From the NCBI GenBank assembly GCA_964016885.1, contig OZ024742.1, positions 203,794,001 to 203,858,000 of the forward strand: DNA of 64,000 bases, in the 5' to 3' direction. The position numbers and the translations under genes are program-made. The notes beneath the pieces were generated by a model. That model saw only the letters and a list, made by a program, of their open reading frames with translations. It did not search any database and was not told where the DNA came from. The stretch is from Eledone cirrhosa (Eukaryota). Positions 14,951 through 28,974 of the stretch are shown here, piece after piece; position 1 is the first letter of the stretch, and the number at the start of each line of letters is the position of its first letter.

Positions 14951-15764
14951 GAAAAATTGTTTTATAAATGTTGACATACCCAAGAAACCAGACCTTATCG
15001 GTTCAGGGTCTGTTTGGATATCTAAACTGAACCTCTATATTTATTATTGTATTTTCATGGCAAAGGCTTTGTTTCGCATAATTATTTCACATAATATTGA
15101 TTCTATGAGATTTTTGATATTCATTTTGTGAACAATGCCTTAACATCAGTATGAGCGGCCAGTTATGGTCAGTTTGAACAGAAAGAGGAGAGAGAATTCA
15201 GGCCGGATATGGCTAGTTTAAATGATAAAGGGTTAAGTTTTCATAATTAATACTATAAATAATGAAAAAGGGGAGAAGGGGTAAAGAAGAGCATCCGGCT
15301 GTATAGGAAAGTGAAAGAAAGGACGATAAATGTCATAAGATAAGGAGGTTAAAAAGCAAGGACTATTAGGCCGCGGGAGAATTAGAGGCGGAAGGGGAGA
15401 CAGGGTCTACGTCTAGTGAAGACTTGATGAATTTGTATTAATTAGCAATGGTTCTAATACAGTATGTTTGAGACCTATTTGAAAATCACATGCGGCGGGG
15501 GCGGGTGTAGATGGATGAGGGAGAGAGGGGGATGGGAAGGAGGATGGATGGAGGAAGAGAAGGAGAGACGAGAAATTGTAGGTAGCATGACACAAAACAA
15601 CCCCTATTGTAGGGACGGAGGTGAAGTATTTTCTGACTCTGGCGAACAATGTGATAAAATAAATTTCATTTCATTAAATATATATATATCTCTTATGGTA
15701 GCTAAGATGCGTCCATAGGCGGTATGCTGGTTGAGGACGCTATGCTCCTACAGAGCAGAGTATG

Positions 15765-15953
15765 ATAAAATGGAAAACGAAGAATCAGTGATGCATCGGA
15801 ACGCAATTTATTACGTGTCTGAGGAACCTGCGAATCCAGAGTCAGGTTCGATCCACACACAGATCGCACCTCAAGCTGTTCGCCGGGGAAACAATTGTAA
15901 TACGTAATAAATTGAGTTTCGAAGCATCACTGATTCTTCGTTTTCCATTTTAT
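15765..15953 (+). ncRNA. Type-I hammerhead closed by a ~54-bp stem I, with an extended stem II
   Basis: CTGAGGA at 15819-15825, GAAA at 15888-15891, palindromic stem III ACAATTGT, GUA site. 15765-15818 pairs with 15900-15953. Confidence 0.65.
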
Positions 15954-15972
15954 ACGAAATATGTATTATTAA

Positions 15973-16052
<80 letters not shown>

Positions 16053-17792
16053 TTAATAATACATATTTCGTAGAATATGGACACTTCCAGGGGGCGTTAG
16101 CTTGTGAAATTTACCTGTGATATATTTACCAAGCAGATCCTCGATTCTCTACATTGTAGTTCATCTCCACACCTTCTAATGTTAGTGTTATAACATGTTA
16201 TAACAAGAAGAGTCATTGTGACAATGTTCTATCTTTTTTGTTAATCAGACATGTCAATTCTCGAAGTCGGACGGGGAGATCTCCCACCCAATTTGGAGTA
16301 GGTGAGGGATGTCTTCTCTTGTGAAAATGGGGGCATAGCTTTCATTATGTAAAACCTTACCATTTTTCCGCATTTCTCCTCGTTTGGGGGGCACTTTTTT
16401 TCATGGTATTCCCTGTTTGAGTTTTTAGAGGCTGCCAAGTCTGGTTATTTCTGTTTCCTGGTCTTTACATTTGGAGAGTTTTACAGAGTTCTACAGAGAT
16501 GTTGTTGTCCGTTAGAGCCGCCACTTCACTAAATGTACAAGACCTGAATATCTTGTTTTTATAACAATATCAAAGTACTTGTGTACTGTCTTATCCACTC
16601 ATCTCTAAGCATTGCTAATGTGTTGATAGTCTTAGTTGTAACAATGACAAAGCAAACAAAATTGATTGAAAGAACTTCGAAAGAACAAAATCGCAAAGAG
16701 TTTGAGTGGTCTCACGAGAGAAAAAGGAAAATAAACAGTTTGGAGTTTTGAACATCTTATGTCCAAAAGCACTACTGTCTGTAAACTTGATTAATTAATT
16801 TTAGAAAATAATCGCTAAAAGCAGAGACAGTTAACGCTTATTGATTAAGTCAGCCTCAACTGCGTAAAAACAAAACCCCAACTGAAGAGAATATCCCACC
16901 ATTATTTTTGTCTTTCGAATGTGTTAAAGGGAAGAGGTTTTAGTGAATATTTTACCAGTTATGATTGGGTAAAAATGAGAAAACAGAGTAGACCATGCAG
17001 TTGGGGGTTAGCGGTCATTCTTTTTCAAGACTGCTCTTAAAATGGCAGAGAATAATGTTAAGTGGAAATCTCTTGAAATCGCCATTCATGCTAATAGGCA
17101 CGAAAGATGACTAAATAGAAAAAAATGTTCAAACATGTAATTGGTTAAGAGGAGACATGACTGAAGTCTAAAGACAAAATAAATTGATTAATGTGATTAC
17201 AATTCTACAGACGATACTACAGAAGTTTATTTAATTGCAAAATACATTTATAGTATCATAATGGCAAAAAGAATTTTAAAAAAAAGAGGAAAAATATAAA
17301 AAGAAGAAAGTGAAGAAGAAATGGGATGGGGAAAACGTTGATTGCGGCAGGATTTGAATTCAGTGTGCAGACGACTGCGATGAGAAAATATAATCGTAAT
17401 CTACAACTTGGAAAATGTATCTCAGCAAAATTTCATTAAAATATGCATTATTTAAGAAGATTTCAAGATTCCACCGGATGTTTTAATGATAGGGACCCCG
17501 GTTTGATCATTAAAAGACTCCCTTACACTCCTGAGTGTGGACTAGAAAACGTGAAATGAAGAGTCTTGTTCAAGGTCACAATGTGCTCCTTGGTCTAATA
17601 CACAAAAAACATCAACTTACAATATGAGCTTAACACCGCCAGCACTAGGTCATACTGTCTCTGATGAGATGGTTAAGGATGGACTGCTTTTAACCATTGC
17701 TTTTCTCGATCAGGACTGATCGTGGGCCACAGTCCTTCCTGACGAAGCGATTAAACAACATCAATGTGTGAACTTTAATTAGTGTTTATAAT

Positions 17793-17952
17793 AATGATTT
17801 CTACTATAGGTATAAGGCCAGCAATTTTGGGGAAGGGGAAAGTCGATTACATCGACCCCAGTGTATTACTGGTACTTTATTTCATCGACCCCGTAAGGAT
17901 GAAAGGCAAAGTTAACCTCGGCGGGATTTGAACACAGAATGTAAAGGGCCAT
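17793..17952 (-). mobile_element. SINE family A (longer 3' variant)
   Basis: Match to family A with an extra GGGGAAAGTCGATTACATCGACCCC segment. Confidence 0.85.
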
Positions 17953-18077
17953 AACTAAATGATGATAATAATAAAGGGGAGGACGACAATAAGAGAGGGG
18001 GATGTGGCTTTGCGTTAATTGCAATGTTATAAGATCAACCTTAATGTAACCCACTTATACACTTAAACACACATATG

Positions 18078-18141
<64 letters not shown>

Positions 18142-18192
18142 CATACACACACACGTGTATATGTATATATATATATATATATACACACACAC

Positions 18193-18273
<81 letters not shown>

Positions 18274-18799
18274 CAATCATACATATATATACATATATAT
18301 ATACACACACACATATACACGTGTATGTGTATTATAGTAATGGCTGGTTCTTCTTAACTCGATAATTTGCATAATCGAACATTTACCAGACTCATTAATA
18401 TAATATGATTTAATTAGTGAATCAGCATTTATTTGGAATAAATCGATTTTAATCAGCTTGCTGATGTGCACCATCGAGTAATCGTTAGGTCTCTAGTAAG
18501 GTGAGGCCATCATAAAAATGTCAATTTATATTTCAATCTGTTTCACTTCATTCCATTTCACAGTGAAAAATAAATCTACAAAACATCACACATGCCAGAA
18601 CTCTCACTTATAATATTCGTACATTGAACTTAAACTGGTCTTGGATGATCCACTAAAGGATATGTACGTAATTCCCTGTCTTGTCTAAAAATGGTTCTCA
18701 CATATCTACGAATAAACTCTACCATTCTTTAAAATTAAGGAGGACGCGTTAGATTATGTTAAAGCTAGTTAAATAATATATATAAACAAAGTGATCATA

Positions 18800-19189
18800 C
18801 TCTCGGGTCTTAAATAATAGAGTGGTTTGGAATAATCGGGTGTCGCTGGAATAAGCGAGGGGTTGGAAAATCGTTAATTTTTCTAGTTTGTCTCCGTTGA
18901 TTTTTTTAAAACTAGAATTAGTTGTTTAGTTTACATATTGAGACCCCCATTCCATCCTATTTATTTTATAACTCATGGGATTTCTAGTAATGTACCTTTT
19001 TGCTGTGTATAATGTGTTTAATGTATAAAGAAAATTAAATGTCGCGGGAATGCTACCACTTAAAATAAAATTTCGCAAGAGATAGATTAGCAAAATTTAA
19101 TTAGCTGGAATAAAAGTGAGAGGGATTGGAACAAATCTGAAAAACTATTAAGCGGGGTGGGGAGGTGGCTATTATTTGAGACCCGAGAG
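18800..19189. mobile_element. Tc1/mariner-superfamily MITE, 390 bp
   Basis: TA target duplication. 21-bp TIRs CTCTCGGGTCTTAAATAATAG / CTATTATTTGAGACCCGAGAG with one mismatch. Confidence 0.85.
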
Positions 19190-19259
19190 TAGGTCAATTG
19201 GATCAAGCCTGGCTTGGGACAAAATGGAAATAAGACTTGGCTATTGAATGCATATGAAA

Positions 19260-19900
19260 ATATAAAATCTTCGAATGGACCGCTATTAACTGTGTGGAAG
19301 GGAAATTCGCGCTTAACATCGTTGAACCGCCGATCGGAGTTGCGTAATGTTTATGTTAAGAGGCAGTTGTGATACGAAAATGTTTTCTTGATATATGAAG
19401 CGATTGTTTCTTTGATCAGTTAAAGGAGATAAGATTTCCATGACCACCATTTGAAGATGTTTTGGAGGTCTGTGCTCAAGGACTCAGAGCAGATTTCGTA
19501 CAAGGTATTTAGGTGTGCATGTCTATACACTCGGGGGCGATATGTTAAAGAAGAATGAAGAGCTCTATTAGCAACCTAGGAGTGAGCGTTCTTAGAGGCA
19601 GTGATAAGTGAGTCGTTGATGCATACTTGGAGAACTGTGGGGAGACAAAGCCTAACCCAGGGGCACACTGAAGTTGATGAAGTGTAGATGAGAGGAAACC
19701 CTATTAGTACGCGTTGCAATAGTTTAATCTTCCACCGATTCAAGAGATGAAAAATGGCTGGAGTTTATATGTGGGCAGTTCTAACGTTTTAATAGGAGAT
19801 TCACATGCTAAAGAGATTCAGACAATTTGCTGATGTCGAGAGCAATAACTCGACTTTCAGTAAATTTATCGAGAGTGAGATCCCTCTGGGAAGTGATATT
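19260..19900 (-). mobile_element. Highly decayed CR1/L2-group LINE reverse transcriptase
   Basis: Interrupted minus-strand translation: ESRVIALDISK.., INFSVPWG*ALSP (cf. GVPQGSVLSP), CIND, DLQNIFKW..NLISFN. Confidence 0.65.
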
Positions 19901-20085
19901 GTAGAGTAGTGCTCTTGTAGGTACACTGGCCTACGTAACAACAGATTTATATATAGGCCTGTAAATATTGGAGTTCTCCGATAAAGAACAAAGGAAACTG
20001 ATCGACGTCCACCAAATCCGACTGATTAATGATAAAATGAAGATTTTTATAAAAACATTCCAAATATTCCTCGTTTGAGTCTACT

Positions 20086-20132
<47 letters not shown>

Positions 20133-20460
20133 CACCATCATATTCACAAAACCGTATATGCACACGATCACATAAACACTCAATCACATATACAAACTAT
20201 CACATATACAAACATTATCATATACGCACACTCATATAGACACGCCATCACATATATACACCATTATACACACACCATCACATATACACACCAAAAAGGA
20301 AACCTGTACTCGTGTATTAATGAGATAAGTACATCCATTACATCAGTGCAATTACTGTCATATTTAGACAAATAGTTACACACACACCCATACATACATA
20401 CATACATACATACATACATACATACATACATACATACATACATACATACATACATACATA

Positions 20461-21108
20461 AGGCTATGTAAAACAAAGATCGAGGATGTAAGCCACATTG
20501 TTGCCAGCTGCGAAAGAATGTCATCTCGCTACTATCTCCCCATGAGACACGATGGGATAGCTAGAACCATCTGGAACGCACTTCGGAAAACAAAATTAAC
20601 AACAAACGAGGAAGAATATATTGAGACAGATGGCACTAAGGAATACTGGTGGAACCTGAAAATAAAAACTGCCACAAAATTAAAGCACAACCGGCCTGAT
20701 ATTGTTGTTTGGGACCACACATTGAAAACGTGTTCTGTTGTGGAGATCAGCTGCCCACTTGATGTAAACGTTGTCAGAAAAATACAGTAGAAGGAGGACA
20801 TCTACGGACCATTGATGAAGAGTTTACAAATCCAGTATCCAAGATACACCTTTAGCTTCATACCCATCATTATTGGAGCTACGGGTTATATACCAACCCG
20901 CTTGGACCAAAGTATGACTGAACTTGGATTTGCGGACAAAGAGCGCAGCTCCCTAATTCATAGTCTATGGCTGCGATAGCTGGCACCTTCAAAATTTGCA
21001 AAACATTCTTGCGATTCAAGGGATGACAATTTCTTTTCTTTTACAACCTTGCCACCAGGAAGGTGGCCGGTCAAAAAAAATATACTCGAAATTAAGTGAA
21101 AGAGACAA
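20461..21108 (+). mobile_element. 3' fragment of an RLE-type (R4/Dong-like) non-LTR retrotransposon in (TACA)n
   Basis: HIVASC (zinc-knuckle end), RHD, RPDIVV, VEISCP, K..Y..L and IPIIIGATG are restriction-like endonuclease motifs. One in-frame TAG is present. (TACA)n lies on both sides. Confidence 0.85.
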
Positions 21109-21140
21109 CATACATACATATATACACACATACATACATA

Positions 21141-22044
21141 ATGGCTGTCAACTCAATAGGCGTGTAAGACCATCACTGACAATATATCTGTATCGTTGGT
21201 TCTGTGCCCTGCTGTGGCTTTTAAAGCTTCCTAGAAACTTTTGTTTTGTTGTATAAAATGCATTGGAATTCACACCTCCGTCATTTGGCTCTTTTGTCTG
21301 ATCAAGACCATGGTGGGTTTTTCTGTGCATTGAACTTCTCACTAAATTCTGTGCCACATGTACTACATGTCAAATTGGTTGCAAGGAATTGGGTGTGTTC
21401 AACGTGTAGCATTCCTGCGTGCCTACGTAGTTGTATAGCCAGCATTTGACAGGCTTATTTCACCACACACATTGCAAATATATTGAGTTATAGAGGTCTC
21501 CATATGTTGGCCTTTCTTAACTGAATGTTTAAGCTAGCTTATTCCGGAGCAGATTCCTGAAAATGTCTTACAGAATCAGATATACTGAGGCACTACTTGT
21601 TTCTAACTAATGGTATGACCTCCCAGTGAGATGGTTCAATTTCGCACTGTGTTAAGGAATCCTTCACAAAATTCTTGAAACGCAGCTTTGGTTTGTGTAA
21701 CTCATTATAAATGACCTGTTTGGGATTCTGCCGTCGTTAGATCTAACAATGTGGACTACCCAATGAAGTCGGTGCTTATTGATGTGACCTTTAATTCTGA
21801 CTTTACTTGCATTTTGTAATATTTCAGGCAACGTTGGTGAAATTGTTCTAGGAGTTTAATATGCCTACTAGAAACAACCCAGGTCTTACAGGAATGTAAG
21901 TGAATATAGAGAACACATACATTCTATACTGCATTTGTTGTCTCTTTTCTAATTCTCTTCCGGTTCCAAAGTAGTACCCTAAGACTTGCGAAAGAATCGG
22001 TTGCTTTTTTTATATGGGAAGCTATTTCATCATCTAATGTGCAA
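21141..22044 (-). mobile_element. Decayed RTE/BovB-like LINE 3' fragment
   Basis: Minus strand: CTLDDEIASHIKKATDSFASLRVLLW..KTWVVSSRHIKLLEQFHQRCL, ending in a GSFKSHSR zinc-finger remnant. Confidence 0.75.
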
Positions 22045-22589
22045 TACATACATACATATATACATACATAAATACATGCATATATACATACATGATGATG
22101 GCTGCCCCCTCGTTATCGAGTATGGCCGTTGCACGATATACCATTATTAATAATTATTAATTTTTTCTACCATACAATGCCTGGGGACATAGAAATAGTC
22201 GGGCTGGACACCCGATCGCGCAGTTAAACTACTGGGAGTGAAGGACCCCTACCCTTTGTCAGGGCATTCTTCTAGGAGAAGGCAACTCAGCAAACTGGGA
22301 TAACTCCGATATACATACATGCATACATACATAAATACATACATGCATATATACATACATGCATATATACATACATACATACATATATACATACATGCAT
22401 ACATACATACATACATACATACATACATACATACATACATACATACATACATACATACATACATACATACATACATACATACACACACACATACATATAT
22501 ACACCCGATGTTTGATTATGCAATAACAAAATAGCGAATGACAACGTTTAAATTGGTTCTAAAAGTGAAATAAAAGTAAATAAATATAT

Positions 22590-23060
22590 AAATACAACAA
22601 TAAAAACATACAATACAATGACGACGACAATAACAACAACAACAACAGTATCAACAACAGAAACAACAACAACAACAGTATCAACCACAATAATATAAGG
22701 AACATCAAACATGACAGAAACAACAAACTGGCTTACACTAACAAAAAATACATTTACAACAATGACAACAACAGCAATGACAACAAAAGCAATAACATCA
22801 ACAGTAACAGCGTCAACAATAACAACGTCAGGAACAGCATCAACAATGTTATCAACAACACTAAGCGCAAACGTGCTTACAAAAACAAAAATAAAATGCA
22901 ACCACAACAACAACAACAATGAAAATAACAACGACAACAACGACAATAACGAGAAGAACAACAACTACAAGAAGAACAATAACGACAACAACAACAACAA
23001 TAACGACAATAACAATAGCAACGATAACAACAACAACAGCAACGGTAATAACAACAACAT
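22590..23060. repeat. Degenerate (AAC)n trinucleotide tract
   Basis: Direct inspection. Confidence 0.85.
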
Positions 23061-24203
23061 AAACGTGTTTACGGTGAGACGAACGACTTAACAACGCAGA
23101 ATTGACTTACATGGATTGATTTTCAGCATCATAGAAAATTGTCGAAGGTACTCCCAGCTCTATAACTTTGTATATCAATAAACACCCATTCTTGGAGTTT
23201 GACTTCGTTATATAGGTCTGTATCTTCTTTGAATACAACTATGACTTGTGCCTTTTATATGTCTGTCTTAAAATATAACTATATTTTGTGTTATGTACCT
23301 ACTATACCTGCTCTTGGTTAGGTAGGAGAATGTAGATTCGCATATAACCACTATATCTGCAGTTTACTGTATATTCTTAGAATATAACCATTATGTTTGC
23401 TATTTACTGTATGTCTGTATTTTCTAAATTATGAAAATACAGGGTAACAGTGACTTCTATTTTCTGTGTAATTGTGTCATCTAAAATATGAACCTATGGT
23501 TTAATGTATCGTCTGAAACATGGATTGAACTAAACAAGTTCTTTCGTCAGAATTCCTTATTGTATCACACAAACATTTCATTTTCCCATTACATTTAGAT
23601 CCGTGTCAATTGTCTACCAGAAATTCATCTGCAAATTAGCTCCATTATTCTTTGTGGTATACATTGTATTAATTGCTAATAGAAGCTTGCTTAGCAGGAG
23701 TCAGGTATTATTATATGGCCGATCTGAAACAAGTTATGAACAAAAGACATTAGAAATTGGTTGATGTGTTCTCTCTAAGTACCTCTGTGTTGTCTAGAGT
23801 TGTGATATCACGGAATTTTAAAGGTATCTGCACTCTGGAGCAATGTATGACTCCTCTTATATAAGTATTGGTTTAGGCGGCAAGTTTCACAGGAACACAA
23901 AGAGATCTTGTTTCTATTGTTCTCCATACATTTGACGGCTCTTGCAATTGTCTTTTTCCTTTCTCTCACTCCGCAAGTCAAGTTCTTTGTCCAGGTTTTT
24001 AATGCTGCTAATGGAAAGCTTTTGTTAATTTCTATCCGATATTCCTACCCAACTTACGCACACACACACATTCATGCATATGCATGCATGCACATACGTT
24101 TACTCATACACATATGCAAACACTAAACATAAGTGCATAGAATTAGTCAAAGAGTAAAAAAGAAAATATATATATATACAAATATATATATATATGTATG
24201 TAA

Positions 24204-24320
<117 letters not shown>

Positions 24321-24676
24321 TATATACATATATATATACATATAGTGACATTCACACATAAACATATATTAATTCCTTTACAAGATGAGGTAAATTATTC
24401 ATAAGATGATAAACATTGTAATACTCAATCTTATTAGTTATTTACTATATTTATCTAAGACCCACTTTCATTTTGTTTCGTCGATTAAAACATTTAGCAC
24501 CTTCTTCACTGGATAGTCTTTTCTATTGTTATAGTATATTTTAATGTAGTCTAGGCTTTGTCTGGTACATTTCTAATCTATAATACTTGGCTTACACACA
24601 TGCACACATATATATATATATATATGTATATGTGTATATATATGTATGTATATATCTATATATATATATCTATATA

Positions 24677-24740
<64 letters not shown>

Positions 24741-25157
24741 CAAAATGTAGAGAAGAAGCACACGAGTTGGAATATATATATATATGTAAATAGGGAGAAA
24801 AGAACGATTAGGAAGAAAAATATACTTTTTTTCCTTTATTTTTTTTTATTTTTTCTGAGTTAGAAAATGTTTAAAACAAAATATTTTACTTTGTGTGAAG
24901 TGTTAAGGTATTAGTTAATTTATTTATTAACAATAGCATTTATTTATTTATTTATTAATCTATTTATTTAATAATTGTCAATTACCGGTTTGAGCATTTT
25001 ATGCATTATCAAAGGGGGGGGGGGGGGGAATTTGTATTGGTATAAAATGTAGGAGAGAAGATAAGGTAATGGGAAAGAAAGAATAATATTATTTAATGGC
25101 ATAGTTCTTGAGGATAAGCAGTTCAAAAAGTTGGCAGGAGCGCTTAGAAAAGTTGAT

Positions 25158-25259
<102 letters not shown>

Positions 25260-25290
25260 ACACGGGTGTGTATGATTGTGTATAGAAGAT

Positions 25291-25683
25291 TATATTAATA
25301 AGAGGAATTCCAACTTTGTCTGATTTACTCGTTTTATTTACAATCCTTTAAAATTTATAATGGTATTATAATGAAATAGTATGATAGAATATTAAATTCT
25401 AAGTGTTAATTGAACAAGTACTTTCATGCTTTCGCAATCTTCAGGTTCATAATATGTGGTGACAGTCAAGTTTGCAATTTTCAACACAGTTGAAAATTGC
25501 AAACTTGACTGTCACCACACATTATGAACCTGAAGATTGCGAAAGTATGAAAGTACTTGTTCAATTAACACTTAGAATTTAATATTCTATCATACTATTT
25601 CATTATAATACCATTATAAATTTTAAAGGATTGTAAATAAAACGAGTAAATCAGACAAAGTTGGAATTCCTCTTATTAATATA
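25291..25683. repeat. Near-perfect palindrome (195-bp arms) with a minimal hammerhead in each arm
   Basis: Centre at 25487. The right arm (25525-25563) reads GAAC-CTGAAGA-TTGC-GAAA-GTAT-GAAA-GTACTT^GTTC. Confidence 0.9.
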
Positions 25684-25788
25684 TATGAATGAGTTGGGGT
25701 CCGGAACACAACGAAACACGAGTACCTGTTTCTGTCATTATTGTAATCATATATATAAATATATATATGTGTGAGTGTGTGTATGTGT

Positions 25789-25827
<39 letters not shown>

Positions 25828-26269
25828 GTTGTTGGTGAATCAAGTTTTGCCCCCGAATCAATTTGCATATCAGCAGAGTGGCCAGTCAGTTTCCTGTATA
25901 CGAGCAATAAATGGCCGGCTTTGCTGATATGCAAATCTGGATGATCAGTGGATCTGCTAATATGTAGATCTGACTGATCAGCCAGTTTGCTAATATGCAA
26001 ATCAGGAAGATCAGTGACTGTATATTTTAGAAAATAGCATATATTTTTACTAGCTCTGACAGTTGGCAGGTGAACAGTGAGCTGTACTGAATAAGGGAGA
26101 TACCCAGAACATTAGTGTCTGCAGTTTACATGCCAACATAAGAGCAGGAATGAAGTGTTCATTCTACTGACATCGCTATAAAATTGAGGCTTGTTTGCAT
26201 AGTTGCAAACGAATCGAATATTATTATTAATATTCGAAAAACTCAGATTACATTTATTTTTTTATATAT

Positions 26270-26409
26270 AACAAAGAAAGTGTGGTAAGAAACCAGATGA
26301 ACCATAACGCACCAGAGTACTCAATACTCAGGGTAGTAGAGTGGGTAATAGGAAAATAGTCAGGATCCCAATGGCTGAGCTCCGGCCGTTCGGATCTAGC
26401 CGTCGAAAA

Positions 26410-26412
<3 letters not shown>
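26270..26412. mobile_element. Fold-back element family F, diverged
   Basis: Homology to 33731-33932; TA-flanked. Confidence 0.7.
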
Positions 26413-26476
<64 letters not shown>

Positions 26477-26499
26477 TTTATATTCTCCGAGTGAAAAGA

Positions 26500-26586
26500 A
26501 CCTTCTGACGAGAGTTTATCTTTTCAATGGAGGCCCGCAAGGACTTTCCATTTATTTTTGAGACTCGAAACCGATTCGGTAAAGGT
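26500..26586 (+). ncRNA. Type-I hammerhead ribozyme with intact core and extended stem II
   Basis: ACCTT-CTGACGA(26505-26511)-GAGTTT...AGACTC-GAAA(26567-26570)-CCGATTCGGTA^AAGGT. The module is flanked by (TA)n. Confidence 0.85.
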
Positions 26587-26698
26587 AACCATAGTAAATG
26601 TCCAGTGCCGTGTGTGTAAAGATAGAAGCAGAGGCAAGGAGGTTCGTCTACTACCACTATATATATATATATAGACATATATATATACATATATACAC

Positions 26699-26732
<34 letters not shown>

Positions 26733-27072
26733 ATATACATCATCCTCATCATCATCACCGTTTTAACGTCAATTTTCCACGCTAATATATATATATATTG
26801 GTGCTTGAGTGTGCGTCATATATTACTATATCATCTCGCATAACACTTTATCATATACATCAATTAATTTAGTGGGCGTCAATGATATCACCATCACCAG
26901 TTCTAATTAGATAATTAATTTTAATTAGGCTCTCAGCATTAGTTAAAGATAACCAACATTAATAATTCCATCCGGCTTAATTAGATTTTCGATCAATAGC
27001 TATAAAAAATTGTTTCATTGATTAGAATATGATCTCTTTTGAAAGATTTCATAAAAAAAATTGATAATAATC

Positions 27073-27686
27073 ATTTCTAGTATAGGCACAAGGCCAGTAA
27101 TTTTGGGGGAGGGCAAAGTCGATTAAATTGCCCCCAGTGCATTACTAGTACGTTATTTTATCGACCCCGTAAGGATGAAAGGCAAAGCTAACCTCAGCGG
27201 GATTCGAACTCAGAACTTAAAGGGCCGTAACTCTCAGCTGCAAAGCATATTGTCTTGTCCGACACTCTACTGATACTGCTAATCCACTGCCCTTAAATAT
27301 AATTGCTTCTACTTTTGGCACAAGGTCAGCAAATACCCCAGTGCATTACTGGTACGTTATTTTATCGACCCCGTAAGGATAAAAGGCAAAGCTAACCTCG
27401 CTGGGATTTGAACTCAGAACGTAAAGGGCCGTAACTGTATGCTGCGAAGCATAGTGACGAAGTCTCTACCGATACAGGCAAAATAATAATGTCTAGTATA
27501 GGCACAAGGCCAGTAATTTGAGGGAGGGGAAAGTCGATTAAATCACCCCTAGTACGTTACTGGTGCTTTATTCTATCGACTCCGTAAGGAAGAAAGGCAA
27601 AGTTAACCGCGACGGGATTTGAACTCAGAACTTAAAGGGCCGTAACTCTATGCTGAGAAGCATGTCTGACTCTCTACCGATACTGC
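27073..27686 (-). mobile_element. Three head-to-tail SINE family A copies
   Basis: Copies at ~27073-27293, ~27300-27478 and ~27490-27686. Confidence 0.88.
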
Positions 27687-28244
27687 AAAAATGGTAATAA
27701 TGATGATGATGATAATTTTTTTTATTGGTCACTATAGCCGAAACATAACGGACAATACAAAAATAGGGACTGTGTAAAGGGCGGGGTAACATAAAACGGG
27801 TATAAAAGATAACAGGAAACAATTAACAACGAATTACTGACAATAATACTCCCCAGAAGGGGGTGTACCACCCAGTGGTAATCTAGGAACCCAAAGATCC
27901 TAAACCAGGCTAATCTCCCAGAGCACCATCGGAAGGTACCCCTCTCTTCTCTAAACTCCCCAGCCTACAGACGCATCATCAGAGTAGGCCCATTTTCTCT
28001 GGCCATTCTCGCTATATTTACACACCTTTTAATAAGTGTACTGGGGGCCAGGACTACCATCTTCACTTTCACCTCCCTTTGCAAGTGGAATTTGAACATG
28101 CTGATGAGGGTTTGACCGAAGAAGAAAGGACTGAAGACAGTGCTTTCAGCTATGTCTTTCGCTACAACAAAAAGAATACAAATATAGAGACACTATTAAA
28201 TAGCCAAGAAGAAGAACTACTACTACTACTTAGACACAAAACCA

Positions 28245-28390
28245 GTAATTTCGACCCCAGTAGTTGACTGATACATTAACGACATATCCCGAAAGGATGA
28301 AAAGCAACGCTGATCTTGGCGAGATTTGAACTCAGAACTCAAAAAGCCATAAAAAGACGTTTTGTCTAAAGTTCTAACTATTCTGCCTGT
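28245..28390 (-). mobile_element. Old diverged SINE family A copy
   Basis: GAAAGGATGAAAAGCAA..GAGATTTGAACTCAGAAC. Confidence 0.6.
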
Positions 28391-28974
28391 ACATACATTC
28401 CATCCTCCTCTAATATTAACCTTATCTCTATTAGCCATGAAAATGTTACACATGTTATACCAAGATGGTTAGAAGCAAATACATTGAGATGGACAAATAG
28501 GTGGGGTGGGGAGTTCCTAACCATAATACGGCATGAAAAACAGATTAAAAATTTACAACAGTCTTACTCGGGTTTATTAATACCTAAAATAAATATAATC
28601 ATATTAATTCGCTATAATTTCAATAAATTGCTATAAAAGTATGTCTACGAGCTTAGAATTATTACATCCAAACAATTCAGAAAATGGTTTAATTTGAGCT
28701 TCACAATCTTGTATAAAAATAAACAAAGAAATGTAGAATCTAAAATAATATATTTCTTTTTATTTTCTCGCAAAAATGATATTTTTTTCTTTTTCTTTCA
28801 AAATACTGAACTAATTTATATAATTACTATAAAGAAATTGTTTTTCTAATCAGTAATTTTTTCCAACGCTTATTGTAATGCTTGTGGGTATACAGCATTT
28901 TAGGTTTTTCTGTCTGGCGCTAAATAGAGGAACATTCTACAGTTTATAACCTTTCGGAAACGATATATTCTTAT

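Noticed and set aside
16241-16438. 65-aa minus-strand ORF in unique sequence
   Set aside because: No recognisable motif or splice context
17661-17700. CTGATGA followed by a hairpin as a hammerhead
   Set aside because: No GAAA after the stem and no stem I or III
28101-28125. CTGATGA-GGGTTTGACC-GAAG as a hammerhead; 28079-28267 ORF as an exon
   Set aside because: A15.1, stem III and the cleavage triplet are missing; the ORF has no recognisable homology
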